From: Candidatus Omnitrophota bacterium
GTDB taxonomy: Bacteria > Omnitrophota > Gorgyraeia > 2-02-FULL-51-18 > JAGOUK01
Assembly (NCBI GenBank): GCA_047639455.1
Contig: JBLINS010000003.1
Location: 3-64,002, forward strand
Reading direction: 5' to 3'
Length of the DNA: 64,000 nt
Made by a program: the position numbers and the translations under genes. Positions 1 through 9,343 of this stretch are shown here, piece by piece. The notes under the pieces were generated by a model, which ran no database searches, was not told the DNA's origin, and worked only from the letters and a program-made list of their open reading frames with translations. Numbering within the stretch: position 1 is the stretch's first letter; each line of letters starts with the position of its first letter.

Positions 1-302
1 CTCCCAAAATTTAGAAAAGCAGATCAAGAGCGCTTTAACGGAGTTTAAATCCTCCCCAACCAAGAAGACTCAAATAGACAAGGCGCTACTCATACAATCC
101 AGAATAGAATCCGCCAAATTATTTAAAGAAAAAATAGAAGTTGTTGTGTCTCTAGGTAAGAACAACTCTTATACAATGGGAACTGACTCTGAACTACAAA
201 CCCTCGGGGGGAGGCAAAGTTTCGCGAGACTAGACAACGACTACTCTATACTCAACCGAACACCTGACCTGAACGATATAATACCAAGTTCGACTAAAAA
301 AC

Positions 303-380
303 TGGTAGCCCCAACGAGATTCGAACTCGTGTCTCCACCGTGAGAGGGTGATGTCCTAGACCAGGCTAGACGATAGGGCC
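303..380 (-). tRNA. tRNA-Glu (anticodon CUC)
   Basis: Reverse complement folds as a cloverleaf. Acceptor GGCCCUA/UGGGGCU. D-stem GUCU/GGAC. Anticodon stem UCACC/GGUGG with loop CUCUCAC. T-arm ACGAG-UUCGAAU-CUCGU. CCA is encoded. The overall sequence closely resembles canonical bacterial tRNA-Glu (UCGUCUAG...AGGACA...CUnUCACGG). Confidence 0.8.
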
Positions 381-386
381 CAAAAA

Positions 387-941
387 TTAAGCATCAGCAT
401 CATGATTGGAATCATGCATTCTTTTGATTCCAGGCACGATGATGCGGCTATTCATTAATAGGGATAAAACCAGTATAGTTAATACTAAAGTAATTTGGAA
501 GTATACAAAATTCAATAAAAAATACAAACAGGCGATAAGTATTAAAGCACTTAGCGGAGTTGGAAGCCCTTTATAATAAATTCGACCACCCTCATGGAAA
601 TGGCAGGCTTTAAAATGATATCTGATGAGGCGTATGGCTGCCGATAAAATATACAATAGACCAAGAGCTGTAGCAAAGGCTGTGTAGTTGCCATTATAGG
701 CTAGCATCATACCAAAAGCTGGCGCTATGCCAAAGGCAATGAAGTCAGCAATGGAATCTAGGTATTCACCCAAACGACTCTCTTGATTCAAGGCTCGGGC
801 CAACCAACCATCAAAGCCATCTAAAACAATAGAGACGAGAATACAAATGAACGCCAGACCACTTTGGTATTGGGATAGCAATAATATGGATTGTAAGCCG
901 AGTAATATCCGTAGAGACGTGACGGCGTTGGGTATGGTCAT
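387..941 (-). CDS. pssA: CDP-alcohol phosphatidyltransferase, phosphatidylserine synthase-like
   Basis: Motif DGFDGWLARALNQESRLGEYLDSIADFIAFGIAP (D-G-x2-A-R...G...D...D). Polytopic membrane protein. Its start overlaps the stop of the psd-like gene. Confidence 0.75.
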   Translation of the reverse strand: MTIPNAVTSLRILLGLQSILLLSQYQSGLAFICILVSIVLDGFDGWLARALNQESRLGEYLDSIADFIAFGIAPAFGMMLAYNGNYTAFATALGLLYILSAAIRLIRYHFKACHFHEGGRIYYKGLPTPLSALILIACLYFLLNFVYFQITLVLTILVLSLLMNSRIIVPGIKRMHDSNHDADA

Positions 942-1600
942 TAAGTTTGGTTGGGTCTTGCTATGATGGAGCCCAATTTAACCATTTGGCCAACAGTGAC
1001 GGTTGGAGCTAAATGGCGTGGAAACATGAGCTGCATTCCTGAGCCAAACTTAATTAAGCCAATTTTTTGACATTGACTGATGACATCTCCTAACTTTGGG
1101 TAGCAGACAATGCGTCTTGCTACTAGGCCGGCAATTTGGCGAAAGAATATAATTCCCTGGGCACTTTCGAGTTCGATCAAATTATTTTCATTTACTTTGA
1201 AGGCGCGCGCTTGCGTCATTGAAGTGAAGGCGCCAGGAGTGTAGGTGATATTTTTGATGGTTCCAGCTATGGGTGAACGGTTCACATGCACATTGAAAAT
1301 AGAGAGATAAATGGATATGCGTATGTAGCCACTTTTTCCCTCGGGGTGTTCCTGCCAAGGCTCAATGGACATCACTTTGCCATTGGCTGGAGAGCATAAC
1401 CCATCAAATGAGGGTGGTGCTATACATTTAGGATCTCTAAAGAAAAAACCAATCATGCAAGCTAGAACAATTAATGCGATTGAAAGTAAAGGCGATATGG
1501 TGGCAGAAATCCACGCAACGGCCAAAACGCCAGCAATATAAGGCAAACCTTCTCTAGCCATAAATAAATAATTTCCTTTGTGTTTTAATAACGATTGCAT
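941..1600 (-). CDS. psd: phosphatidylserine decarboxylase-like proenzyme (short/archaeal type)
   Basis: About 219 aa with an N-terminal TM segment and a FFRDP motif. A C-terminal FGSG matches a GS-type self-cleavage site. Adjacent to and co-oriented with the pss-like gene. Confidence 0.65.
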   Translation of the reverse strand: MQSLLKHKGNYLFMAREGLPYIAGVLAVAWISATISPLLSIALIVLACMIGFFFRDPKCIAPPSFDGLCSPANGKVMSIEPWQEHPEGKSGYIRISIYLSIFNVHVNRSPIAGTIKNITYTPGAFTSMTQARAFKVNENNLIELESAQGIIFFRQIAGLVARRIVCYPKLGDVISQCQKIGLIKFGSGMQLMFPRHLAPTVTVGQMVKLGSIIARPNQT

Positions 1601-1953
1601 AGCTTATAGCTTGCTATGTAGAAAGTAAAGCGAGAAAGAGCATGAGTGCATTCATTAAATACTTGGTCATTACCCATGCTATTTAGACGCAAAATGGCTA
1701 ACTGTTTTATGAGTTTTGTTTCTATTAACATAAAACTAACTTAACTCCTTATAAATAATACACTTATGGGACTATTTGAAATATCCGGCAGATCTTGAAA
1801 TTATTAGTAAAATAATGCATACTTTAGCTAGGAATTAGTAGTATTGTTAGTTAATTTATAAACTTTGATAAGGGTAAACCGTATCGAAAGAGCGGGGCAC
1901 AAAGCCAAGGGTCTAAGTCCTTTTTTAGGGTAAGACAGCCAGCTGCCGGAGAT

Positions 1954-3693
1954 ATGCGAAAACTAAAAACCTTTTTTATACTTAATGTACTTTTTATAGG
2001 CCTCATTAGCATCCCTAGCGAAACTATAGGTATTGAACCCGTCCAACCCACACGCGTTTTAGTAGCTCCAGTCTCTTTCCAATTACCCGAAGTAAGTAGT
2101 TTGAATGGTAAAAATATGCAGGTTGCTATTCATTCAATTGATCGCTTGGGACGCAAACATCCCGTGACCGATTTGAGAGGTAAAGCTCAATGGGAAATTG
2201 AAGCGACACAAGCTGGCCAAGCCTTTCAAATATTACCAGGGCCAAATAATTATGCGGGTCCTTTGCAAATTTTGGTTAACGGTAAAGTGGTTGATCGCTT
2301 TAGCACTTTGATTCCTGGATCCAAAAATCTTTTGATGGAAAAAATATTGACGGGTCGTGCTGCTGATGGTGCACAATTTAAAGTGCATTACACAGACTTT
2401 GCTTTAGAAAAGATTCATGACTTAACATACCCGGAACGCGTTTTGACTTCCATGAAAAGTGCTTACAAAATTTTGAAACAAGAATTAAAAGTTGAGGAAT
2501 GGCCAGCTAGATCCCCAAAGGCATTCGATGTGTATTTGGGAGATGCTACGAATGAAGGCTTGTATCCATTTGGTGGATTTGATTATACTGATTTTAAGCG
2601 CGCGCCTCTTTTTGTGATTAAGAAGAACGAAGAGACTGGCCAAAAGACACCGGCGATATTAATGCCCATAGACTATAAAAACTTTTTAGTATTTTGGAAT
2701 AAAATTAATAATGTGCCGCATGATGGTAATTATGATGTAGACACCTATTTAGATAGTTCTATTATTCACGAAATGACGCATGCTTTTATGCATGTAATAA
2801 ACGAAAATCTAGGCTCAACTGAGCATCAAATTCGTAATGGCGATTGGTACACCGAAGGCGTGGCACGTTATTTTGAAACTAAGATTGGATCTGATCCTGG
2901 GTTCGCTTCAATGGGATTTAGAAAAAAAGTAGACGATCGCATTCAGTTCTCTAGAGGTGGCGCTAATTATTACTTAAGGTATCCTGATGAGAGCTTTTTT
3001 GGATTGCGTTATGAGAATTCACTTTTTTGGTTATATTTTGAGCATGCTTATGGCGTAGAAAAAATATTCGATGTGTCGCAAGAACTAGCCAAAGTTCCTT
3101 TTGATGCAGCCTATTCCGATTATCAGAATGCCTTACAGAAATCTACAGGCGTTGCTTTTGACCAAATGTTGAATAATTATTTTAATTGGATATACACCAA
3201 GGGGTATAAAGCTTATTCCGCAGGCGCAAACTTACTTGAAGTGGCAAAGACGATGACCGTTTGGTCGAATAATACTTTTTACACTTATTCTAAACACGGC
3301 ACTTTATTAAGAAAAAGCCATGAGCTGGATATAGATTGGATAGCGCATTGGGGCGACGATAAACCCGATGATTTTGGCTCTTACGTAGCAGGGGATTGGA
3401 CGCCTAAAGCCGATATTAATCCGCTTGCTTTTGATGTACATGAAATACTTGTAAGCAAAGACTTGGGCTCGCCGACACATTTGGTGATTCATAATCAAGG
3501 CGAATCTAAACATTTATGGGTCACACTATATTTAGAAATTAATGGCAAAACTGAAGTTATGAATTATCGATTGGGAGAAAAAGGCGCAGTAGATCTTCAA
3601 GCCCAATCATATGAGCGCCTCACCAAGGTTGGCATAGTCCTAGCTAACCTCGACCCCACCAATATCGCTGAATACAAAATCGAAATTAAATAA
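1954..3693 (+). CDS. secreted protein with HExxH zinc-metallopeptidase-like motif
   Basis: N-terminal signal peptide MRKLKTFFILNVLFIGLISIPS. A single HEMTHAFMH motif. No other family assignment possible. Confidence 0.45.
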   Translation: MRKLKTFFILNVLFIGLISIPSETIGIEPVQPTRVLVAPVSFQLPEVSSLNGKNMQVAIHSIDRLGRKHPVTDLRGKAQWEIEATQAGQAFQILPGPNNYAGPLQILVNGKVVDRFSTLIPGSKNLLMEKILTGRAADGAQFKVHYTDFALEKIHDLTYPERVLTSMKSAYKILKQELKVEEWPARSPKAFDVYLGDATNEGLYPFGGFDYTDFKRAPLFVIKKNEETGQKTPAILMPIDYKNFLVFWNKINNVPHDGNYDVDTYLDSSIIHEMTHAFMHVINENLGSTEHQIRNGDWYTEGVARYFETKIGSDPGFASMGFRKKVDDRIQFSRGGANYYLRYPDESFFGLRYENSLFWLYFEHAYGVEKIFDVSQELAKVPFDAAYSDYQNALQKSTGVAFDQMLNNYFNWIYTKGYKAYSAGANLLEVAKTMTVWSNNTFYTYSKHGTLLRKSHELDIDWIAHWGDDKPDDFGSYVAGDWTPKADINPLAFDVHEILVSKDLGSPTHLVIHNQGESKHLWVTLYLEINGKTEVMNYRLGEKGAVDLQAQSYERLTKVGIVLANLDPTNIAEYKIEIK

Positions 3694-3708
3694 TTCGTTT
3701 GTAAGATT

Positions 3709-3729
3709 GCTATATCGCTATAGCTTTTT
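3709..3729 (+). terminator. hairpin GCTATA-TCGC-TATAGC followed by TTTTT
   Basis: 6-bp perfect stem, 4-nt loop, then a T-tract immediately after the stop of the 1954-3693 gene. Confidence 0.4.
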
Positions 3730-4996
3730 ATAGTTCGAAGGAGACGCCGGAGAGGACTGACCAGACTTCGTAGGAGTATTGGTAGCTTTGTTCAAAGTCG
3801 TTATTTGAGGTTTGTTTTTGCCACGATCCGCTTGTTATCCAATTGAGCTGAGAGGTGATGGGCCAAGTACTTCGAGCGAATATAGTGTGACTTTTGTCTA
3901 ATTGATCCTCATTTTTTAGTGTATCGAATTGATTTAGAGCATTGCGACCCGTATAAAAAGTGCGATCAAAAGTATAGCTGAGTTGCACGAGTGGATTCTT
4001 ACTCTCATCTACATTGATTTGGGGCGTGAGTATTAATGAGGGTGAGACAGAGTACTTAAAGTAGTCATAATAACCACCAAAGAATCTATCGTCTGTAAGG
4101 CTAGTTGTATTACGTGTATCATAATAATCTAAGCTTGAAATATTCTGAATAAAGCCCGTCCCAAAACCTAAAGACCAAGACTCATTCATTTCTTGCAATA
4201 AATCCCCAGTGATTTCAAAATAAAAGTCTTCGCGCTTATTTTCTTCACGTATACCATCTGATGAAACATTTAACTTGTCCGTGTAATCTTTAAGAATAAA
4301 GGTGCCATCCAAGGTTCCGGTAAGTTTTTGGCTCAACTTTGTTTTATAACTCGTATCAAATTTGTAGCCATAAAAGTCTTTTTCGTTTTGTTCAAATGTG
4401 CTATCAGAGAATTGCGAAATCAGTGAACTGTAATGTGGGTATTGTCTGTGGAATACGGTTAGGCCATATGTTAGGATTTTGATTCGCTCAGTTTGTGAGT
4501 CAAATATATGTGTGTTTTCGAATCCAGCTCCCTTATCTTCATAGTCATAGAGACCTCGCCCTAATTGTTCATCAGCCGTTTCTTTGACATAAATGACATC
4601 AAAAAATAAATTGGGTTCAAAGATAAAATTGTCGCTCACAGCGTACTTGAGAACAGCTGACAAATTATTACTCATGACTTGATTAGACTCTTTAGCGCCT
4701 TCGTCTTGAGCGATGAATAATTGGCTTTGTTGGAAGCTGCCATTGTAAGCCAGTATAGCTTGAGCCTGATTATTGATATTCCAGCCAGCTGATCCAAGCC
4801 AAGTTGTATTGATGCTAAAGTCTCCTTCAGTTGGACCAGCAACGTCTGAATATCCGGAGAGCGCTGTCCCATCTAATATGTAAACGAGAGGGCTTGCAGT
4901 GCTTTGATCAGAGTCCAAAGCTAGCGCTAATTGGGGAAGAGTAATCAGGCTTAAGCTTGTGAGAGCGATTATGAGTAATAATTTCATTAGATCCAA
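3728..4996 (-). CDS. secreted protein, possible outer-membrane beta-barrel
   Basis: Signal peptide MKLLLIIALTSLSLITLPQLALA. Rich in alternating Y/T/S/G/N/D segments. C-terminal aromatic-containing end ...VSFEL. Confidence 0.35.
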   Translation of the reverse strand: MDLMKLLLIIALTSLSLITLPQLALALDSDQSTASPLVYILDGTALSGYSDVAGPTEGDFSINTTWLGSAGWNINNQAQAILAYNGSFQQSQLFIAQDEGAKESNQVMSNNLSAVLKYAVSDNFIFEPNLFFDVIYVKETADEQLGRGLYDYEDKGAGFENTHIFDSQTERIKILTYGLTVFHRQYPHYSSLISQFSDSTFEQNEKDFYGYKFDTSYKTKLSQKLTGTLDGTFILKDYTDKLNVSSDGIREENKREDFYFEITGDLLQEMNESWSLGFGTGFIQNISSLDYYDTRNTTSLTDDRFFGGYYDYFKYSVSPSLILTPQINVDESKNPLVQLSYTFDRTFYTGRNALNQFDTLKNEDQLDKSHTIFARSTWPITSQLNWITSGSWQKQTSNNDFEQSYQYSYEVWSVLSGVSFEL

Positions 4997-5129
4997 ATTA
5001 TAGCTGGTTTTGGTCTTTATTGGTAATAGTTTTTACTTGCCAGAGGAATGAGCTGCGTCTTATAATTTACGATACTAATATTAATATATTTAATGTCATT
5101 GTGAGTCCGCGTTTAGGGCACAATAATCC

Positions 5130-5275
5130 TATAGCTTAATGCATTTTGGGGGATCCTTACGTCGTGGTGACGGTGCGAGTTTCAAAGCAAGACACCTAAT
5201 GCCGGTGGAGTTAGAACGCAACCGGCCTCCGTGTTTATCAGGATGACGGTATATTATCAGGATGACGGTATAAAG
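5130..5275. repeat. composite REP/MITE-like element
   Basis: Contains one copy of the 64-nt structured sub-element (5164-5227) that recurs at 32977, 58059 and 39640. Also contains a perfect 19-bp tandem repeat ttatcaggatgacggtata x2 (5235-5272). Confidence 0.7.
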
Positions 5276-5284
5276 GAAGTAACT

Positions 5285-7732
5285 ATGCAATTAAAATTCG
5301 AATCCCACAAATCTATTCTTTCTAAGAGCTTGGCCAGCATAATTGTATTTGCGATGATTTTGTCGCCAACCGCTTTAGCGGCTAGCATTGACCCTGTTAC
5401 GAACCCAACTTTGGCTATGCAAACACAACATAATCAAGCAGTCATGGCTCCAATAATCCCAATTAGTGAAAAAAGTGTTGAACAAAAAATATTGATTCAA
5501 GATGTTTTGGGCGATGTGTGGATTCAACGTAAAGGGTCAGAGGAATGGATTCCTGGCAAACATAATGATGAACTATATAATTCAGACAAAATCAAAACAG
5601 ATGAATCTGGAAGTGCCCATATAACTTTTGATAAAAAAGCTGATATTTACGTGGCTCCAAGCACGAATATTACGGTGGAAAAAGCTTTGCGTTACAATAA
5701 TAATTTGCGTCAAACATTACTGACCCTCGATCTGGGTCGCATTAAAGCTGATATTGATAAATTAAAAGGCCAGTCTTCTTTTCAAATTAAGACGCCTACG
5801 GCCCTAGCTTCTGTTCGTGGCACGACTTTATATATGGGCGTGACACAATTAGCTCAAGGGATATCTAGCGTATTGACTGATCTTTATGTGGATGAAGGCT
5901 CGGTTAAATTTGATTCATTAATGAATAAGCTCGAAAGTTTATTGGTAGATACCTTTGGAGCCTCGTCGGCCTCGGGGGACGGAACTTTGATACCAGTTAA
6001 ACATTTGGATAAATCTGAGCGTGAGGCTTTTGTCCAAGCCTTTAATAAAATTGTGGGCGACTTGGGTAACCCTCAAACTGAAGTGGAAGGTACAACGACT
6101 ACAGAGGGCACCACCACCGAAGACGAAGAAGCAACTGAAGCAGCCGGTGGTCAAGCCAATAATGGCGGGGCTGTACTCGCATTTTTGAACCGTCTATTCA
6201 TTGGCGGTTTATTGCAGAATACTCAATCTGATTTACTTTCGGGTCGCACATTGTTGAACGGCCAAAAAGTAGCCGCTGAGGCAGCTAAATTATTATCTAA
6301 TGGTGCGGCCAATAATGGCGCTTGGGATTTTCAAACCTTGTCTGATAATTTTGATCAAGGCATAGTGACCGCTGACAGAGTCACTCCATTAAACGACTTG
6401 GTGAATACAGCGTTGGACACCAATGCCCAAGTTGACTTAATTGAGGACCAAAGAGACGCTATCGGAAACCTGGGCGTTTTAGCGGGTCAAACTCAGGATA
6501 ATGGCGGTTTAGTTGGTTTGTCTATCACGGCTGCCAATGCTGCCGACGCAGCTTTACAGCAAATCAATGCGAATCGTATCGTGATTGATCAAGAATTCAA
6601 GACATTAGAAGACCAGAGAAAACAAGAGCGTCAAACCTTGCGTAATTCATTGAATAATATATTGACCAATCAAGTTGAATTGAGAGTGCAAGCCCAACAA
6701 GAACAATTGTTTGATGCACAAACGGGTAAGGTATTCACTGATGTACATGGCAATCGTGTGCGCACAGACCAATATATTGATAAACCCACAGATGACTCTG
6801 TGCGCTTTATTTCACTAACCTATAGAGCTGCAGGAGCTTTGGCGGGTGTTAGTGCTTTTACATGGATAACCGAATTCAATGAAGCCATCACTGGGTCTAT
6901 TCGAAACTTACCTTGGAATGAATATTTGAATGTAGTTACTTATGAAGAAATGGAAGCTTTGTTAGATGCAGGTGATTATGACTTGCCAGAGGGATTGGAT
7001 GGTAGCGATCAATTCATCGTGCATGAAAGTGCTGAGAGCATACCTACATTATTTCCGACATATTTTTCGGCTGAAGCACAAAACCCAGCAGGGGATAAAG
7101 TGGTCTTTGAAGAGAGTTATTCTGACCCTTCAGCTATAAACATTGGACGCGCTAAAGGAGATGTTCTTTGGGCTCAAGGCTTAACGGAAGATTCTACAAA
7201 TGTATTTAGGGCTGGGGAGAGTAAGCCGGTTGCCTATAGCCATTATCGTCGCGATGATGATTATGAAGACAATTATGATGATGGTGATCAATCTCAAGGT
7301 GTGGGGCCAATCGATTTAGAGGGCTTTAATCCTTTTGACCCGAATGACAATAACCCCGCATTTTTCACAGAAACCTTGACCACCGGAGGCGAAGAAGAAT
7401 CTGAGACTAAATATTTGGTGGGTGAGTTAATTCCTTTTGATAATGAGGGCCAGATTTTTGACGTTCCGGGATTCACTATAGAAGGCTTAAGAGGATTATT
7501 ATCTCCTAATCAATTGGTGAATGGTGGAAATTACAATTTGGAACTCATTCTTTCTTATGGGTCTATGGAATATGATTCCGAAACGGAAGCAGCTTATTTG
7601 GATAAGGAGTTTTCTATTGATGTGATCATTACTCCAGAAATTTTGCAACCTTATGGTGCTCCTAATACGTCAACACGCTTTCCTGATGTTTTAATGGTAA
7701 GTCGCTGTGGTGCTCGTTGTGAAGAAACATAA
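5285..7732 (+). CDS. secreted FecR-domain protein
   Basis: Good RBS aaggaag before ATG 5285. Signal peptide with AAS cleavage region. N-terminal region resembles the FecR fold (DVWIQRKG...IKTDESGSAHITF). Acidic Thr/Glu-rich linker. Cys-rich C-terminus SRCGARCEET. The tabulated upstream start at 5231 lies inside the repeat and is unlikely. Confidence 0.5.
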   Translation: MQLKFESHKSILSKSLASIIVFAMILSPTALAASIDPVTNPTLAMQTQHNQAVMAPIIPISEKSVEQKILIQDVLGDVWIQRKGSEEWIPGKHNDELYNSDKIKTDESGSAHITFDKKADIYVAPSTNITVEKALRYNNNLRQTLLTLDLGRIKADIDKLKGQSSFQIKTPTALASVRGTTLYMGVTQLAQGISSVLTDLYVDEGSVKFDSLMNKLESLLVDTFGASSASGDGTLIPVKHLDKSEREAFVQAFNKIVGDLGNPQTEVEGTTTTEGTTTEDEEATEAAGGQANNGGAVLAFLNRLFIGGLLQNTQSDLLSGRTLLNGQKVAAEAAKLLSNGAANNGAWDFQTLSDNFDQGIVTADRVTPLNDLVNTALDTNAQVDLIEDQRDAIGNLGVLAGQTQDNGGLVGLSITAANAADAALQQINANRIVIDQEFKTLEDQRKQERQTLRNSLNNILTNQVELRVQAQQEQLFDAQTGKVFTDVHGNRVRTDQYIDKPTDDSVRFISLTYRAAGALAGVSAFTWITEFNEAITGSIRNLPWNEYLNVVTYEEMEALLDAGDYDLPEGLDGSDQFIVHESAESIPTLFPTYFSAEAQNPAGDKVVFEESYSDPSAINIGRAKGDVLWAQGLTEDSTNVFRAGESKPVAYSHYRRDDDYEDNYDDGDQSQGVGPIDLEGFNPFDPNDNNPAFFTETLTTGGEEESETKYLVGELIPFDNEGQIFDVPGFTIEGLRGLLSPNQLVNGGNYNLELILSYGSMEYDSETEAAYLDKEFSIDVIITPEILQPYGAPNTSTRFPDVLMVSRCGARCEET

Positions 7733-7734
7733 GT

Positions 7735-8274
7735 ATGCAATTTAAGAAGTGCAAGCTAAAGGATGTTGTGCTGGTCCAACCAAAGCGCCATGCAGATGAC
7801 CGCGGTTACTTTAGCGAAATCTTTAGACGTGATTTATTCACTGAACAAGGTATTGCGGATGAGTTCGTTCAGAGCAATGAAAGTGTTTCTCAGCAGGGCA
7901 CGTTAAGGGGATTGCATTTTCAGATTCCACCTAAAGCGCAGGCTAAATTAGTGCAGGTTGTAGATGGGTCTATATGCGATGTTATAGTCGATATACGTGA
8001 AGACTCCCCCACTTTTAAGCTGTGGGAGGCATTTGATTTATCTGCTGTGAACGGCGAAATCCTTTATGTGCCCAAGGGTTTTGCACATGGCTTTTTGGCA
8101 TTGAGTGAAACTGTCAAAGTTTTGTACCATGTTTCTGAGTATTACTCACCCGAACATGAGTCGGGAATTGCTTGGGATGACCCAGACCTCAATATTGAAT
8201 GGCCCAAACTGGATGTAGACTATATTTTTTCACCTAAAGACATGCACTATGGCTTACTCAAGGAAGTGATATGA
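7735..8274 (+). CDS. rmlC: dTDP-4-dehydrorhamnose 3,5-epimerase
   Basis: Cupin-fold RmlC signature. DDRGYFSEIF, GLHFQ and VVDGSICDVIVDIR blocks. Length 179 aa. Confidence 0.85.
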   Translation: MQFKKCKLKDVVLVQPKRHADDRGYFSEIFRRDLFTEQGIADEFVQSNESVSQQGTLRGLHFQIPPKAQAKLVQVVDGSICDVIVDIREDSPTFKLWEAFDLSAVNGEILYVPKGFAHGFLALSETVKVLYHVSEYYSPEHESGIAWDDPDLNIEWPKLDVDYIFSPKDMHYGLLKEVI

Positions 8275-8465
8275 TTTATACTGCGTTCGGCACGCCTGGC
8301 ATAGGCGAAATAGCCGTGATTGTTGTTATTGTCACTGTACTCTTTGGCGGATCCAAAGTGCCAGAAATTGCACGGACTTTGGGCCAGGCTATGCGCGAGT
8401 TTAAACGTATAGCCAATGACATTAAAGCCCCCGATTCAGATGATGACAGCCCTAGAAGACCGTAA
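8271..8465 (+). CDS. tatA: twin-arginine translocase subunit TatA/E
   Basis: 64 aa. TM helix then amphipathic FGGSKVPEIARTLGQAMREFK. Confidence 0.8.
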   Translation: MIYTAFGTPGIGEIAVIVVIVTVLFGGSKVPEIARTLGQAMREFKRIANDIKAPDSDDDSPRRP

Positions 8466-9162
8466 GCCTGTTACTGAACATATAGATGATTTGAGGGGCT
8501 GCATTATTCGTGTGGTCATTAGTGTATTTACATGCGCTTTGGTCAGCCTTCTTTTTTCTAATGCGCTTTTGACATTGTTTACCGAACCTGCTCGAGCTGC
8601 TTTTGGCAAATTACATTTCTTCGCTCCCGCTGATGCATTCATAGTTAAATTACAAGTTAGTATTATTAGCGGACTAATCATCGCCTCTCCATACGTAATT
8701 CTCCAAATTTGGACGTATATCGCTCCCGGTTTATACAAACATGAGCGTCAAATGCTTTTGCCTTGGATTGCTTTGTCGGCTTTTTTGTTCTTGGTGGGTG
8801 CCACCTTTGCATTTAAGCTTGTTTTACCTTTGGCCTTAAGCTTCTTAATGGGCTTTCAGACGAATTTTATGGAACCCGTTATTTCGATAACGCATTACAT
8901 GTCATTTTTGAGTTCAATGATTACCGCTTTTGGCATTGCGTTTAATATGCCTATTTTTATATTAGCTTGTGTGGCCCTTAATTTGGTGCAGGTGGAGACT
9001 TTGTCCAAATTTAGACGGCATGCATACGTGGCTTCATTTATTCTCGCCATGGCATTAACTCCACCGGATATGATTAGCCAAGTATTATTGGCCCTACCTT
9101 TAATTGTTTTATATGAATTGAGTATTTTGGGTAGCAGGTTCATTAAGAAGCGCAAAAAATAA
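8443..9162 (+). CDS. tatC: twin-arginine translocase subunit TatC
   Basis: N-terminus PVTEHIDDLR matches TatC (L-x-EHL-x-ELR). Six TM segments. Follows tatA. Confidence 0.8.
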   Translation: MTALEDRKPVTEHIDDLRGCIIRVVISVFTCALVSLLFSNALLTLFTEPARAAFGKLHFFAPADAFIVKLQVSIISGLIIASPYVILQIWTYIAPGLYKHERQMLLPWIALSAFLFLVGATFAFKLVLPLALSFLMGFQTNFMEPVISITHYMSFLSSMITAFGIAFNMPIFILACVALNLVQVETLSKFRRHAYVASFILAMALTPPDMISQVLLALPLIVLYELSILGSRFIKKRKK

Positions 9163-9206
9163 TGCAATGTTATTGTCTGATATTTGATCGTAGCAAAGAA
9201 ACTGAA

Positions 9207-9300
9207 CGTCATTGCGAGGCCGTTTTTTGGCTGCGGCAATCTAGACTTAACCTTGCTCTAGATTGCCGCAGCACTGCTTCGCGTGGCTCGCAATGACGAG
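9207..9300. repeat. palindromic MITE/REP-like element (gtcattgcgag family)
   Basis: Arms cgtcattgcgagg...ggctgcggcaatctaga / tctagattgccgcagc...ctcgcaatgacg form a roughly 95-bp inverted repeat. Confidence 0.8.
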
Positions 9301-9343
9301 CTTTAAGATACGGTATGTGTAGAGAGGTTTTGAAAACACTTAT

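Noticed and set aside
146-343. 65-aa ORF in the table
   Set aside because: Its 3' end runs antisense through the tRNA-Glu gene (303-380). It is most likely part of a longer edge-truncated frame or noise, with no RBS or motif.
5231-5284. Tabulated upstream start for the FecR-domain gene (MFIRMTVYYQDDGIKEV...)
   Set aside because: The extension is the translation of the 19-bp tandem repeat. A strong RBS (aaggaag) sits directly before the internal ATG at 5285, which begins a proper signal peptide.
8436-9239. Minus-strand ORFs 8436-8738 and 8895-9239
   Set aside because: They are antisense to tatC, which has family-specific motifs. No independent support.
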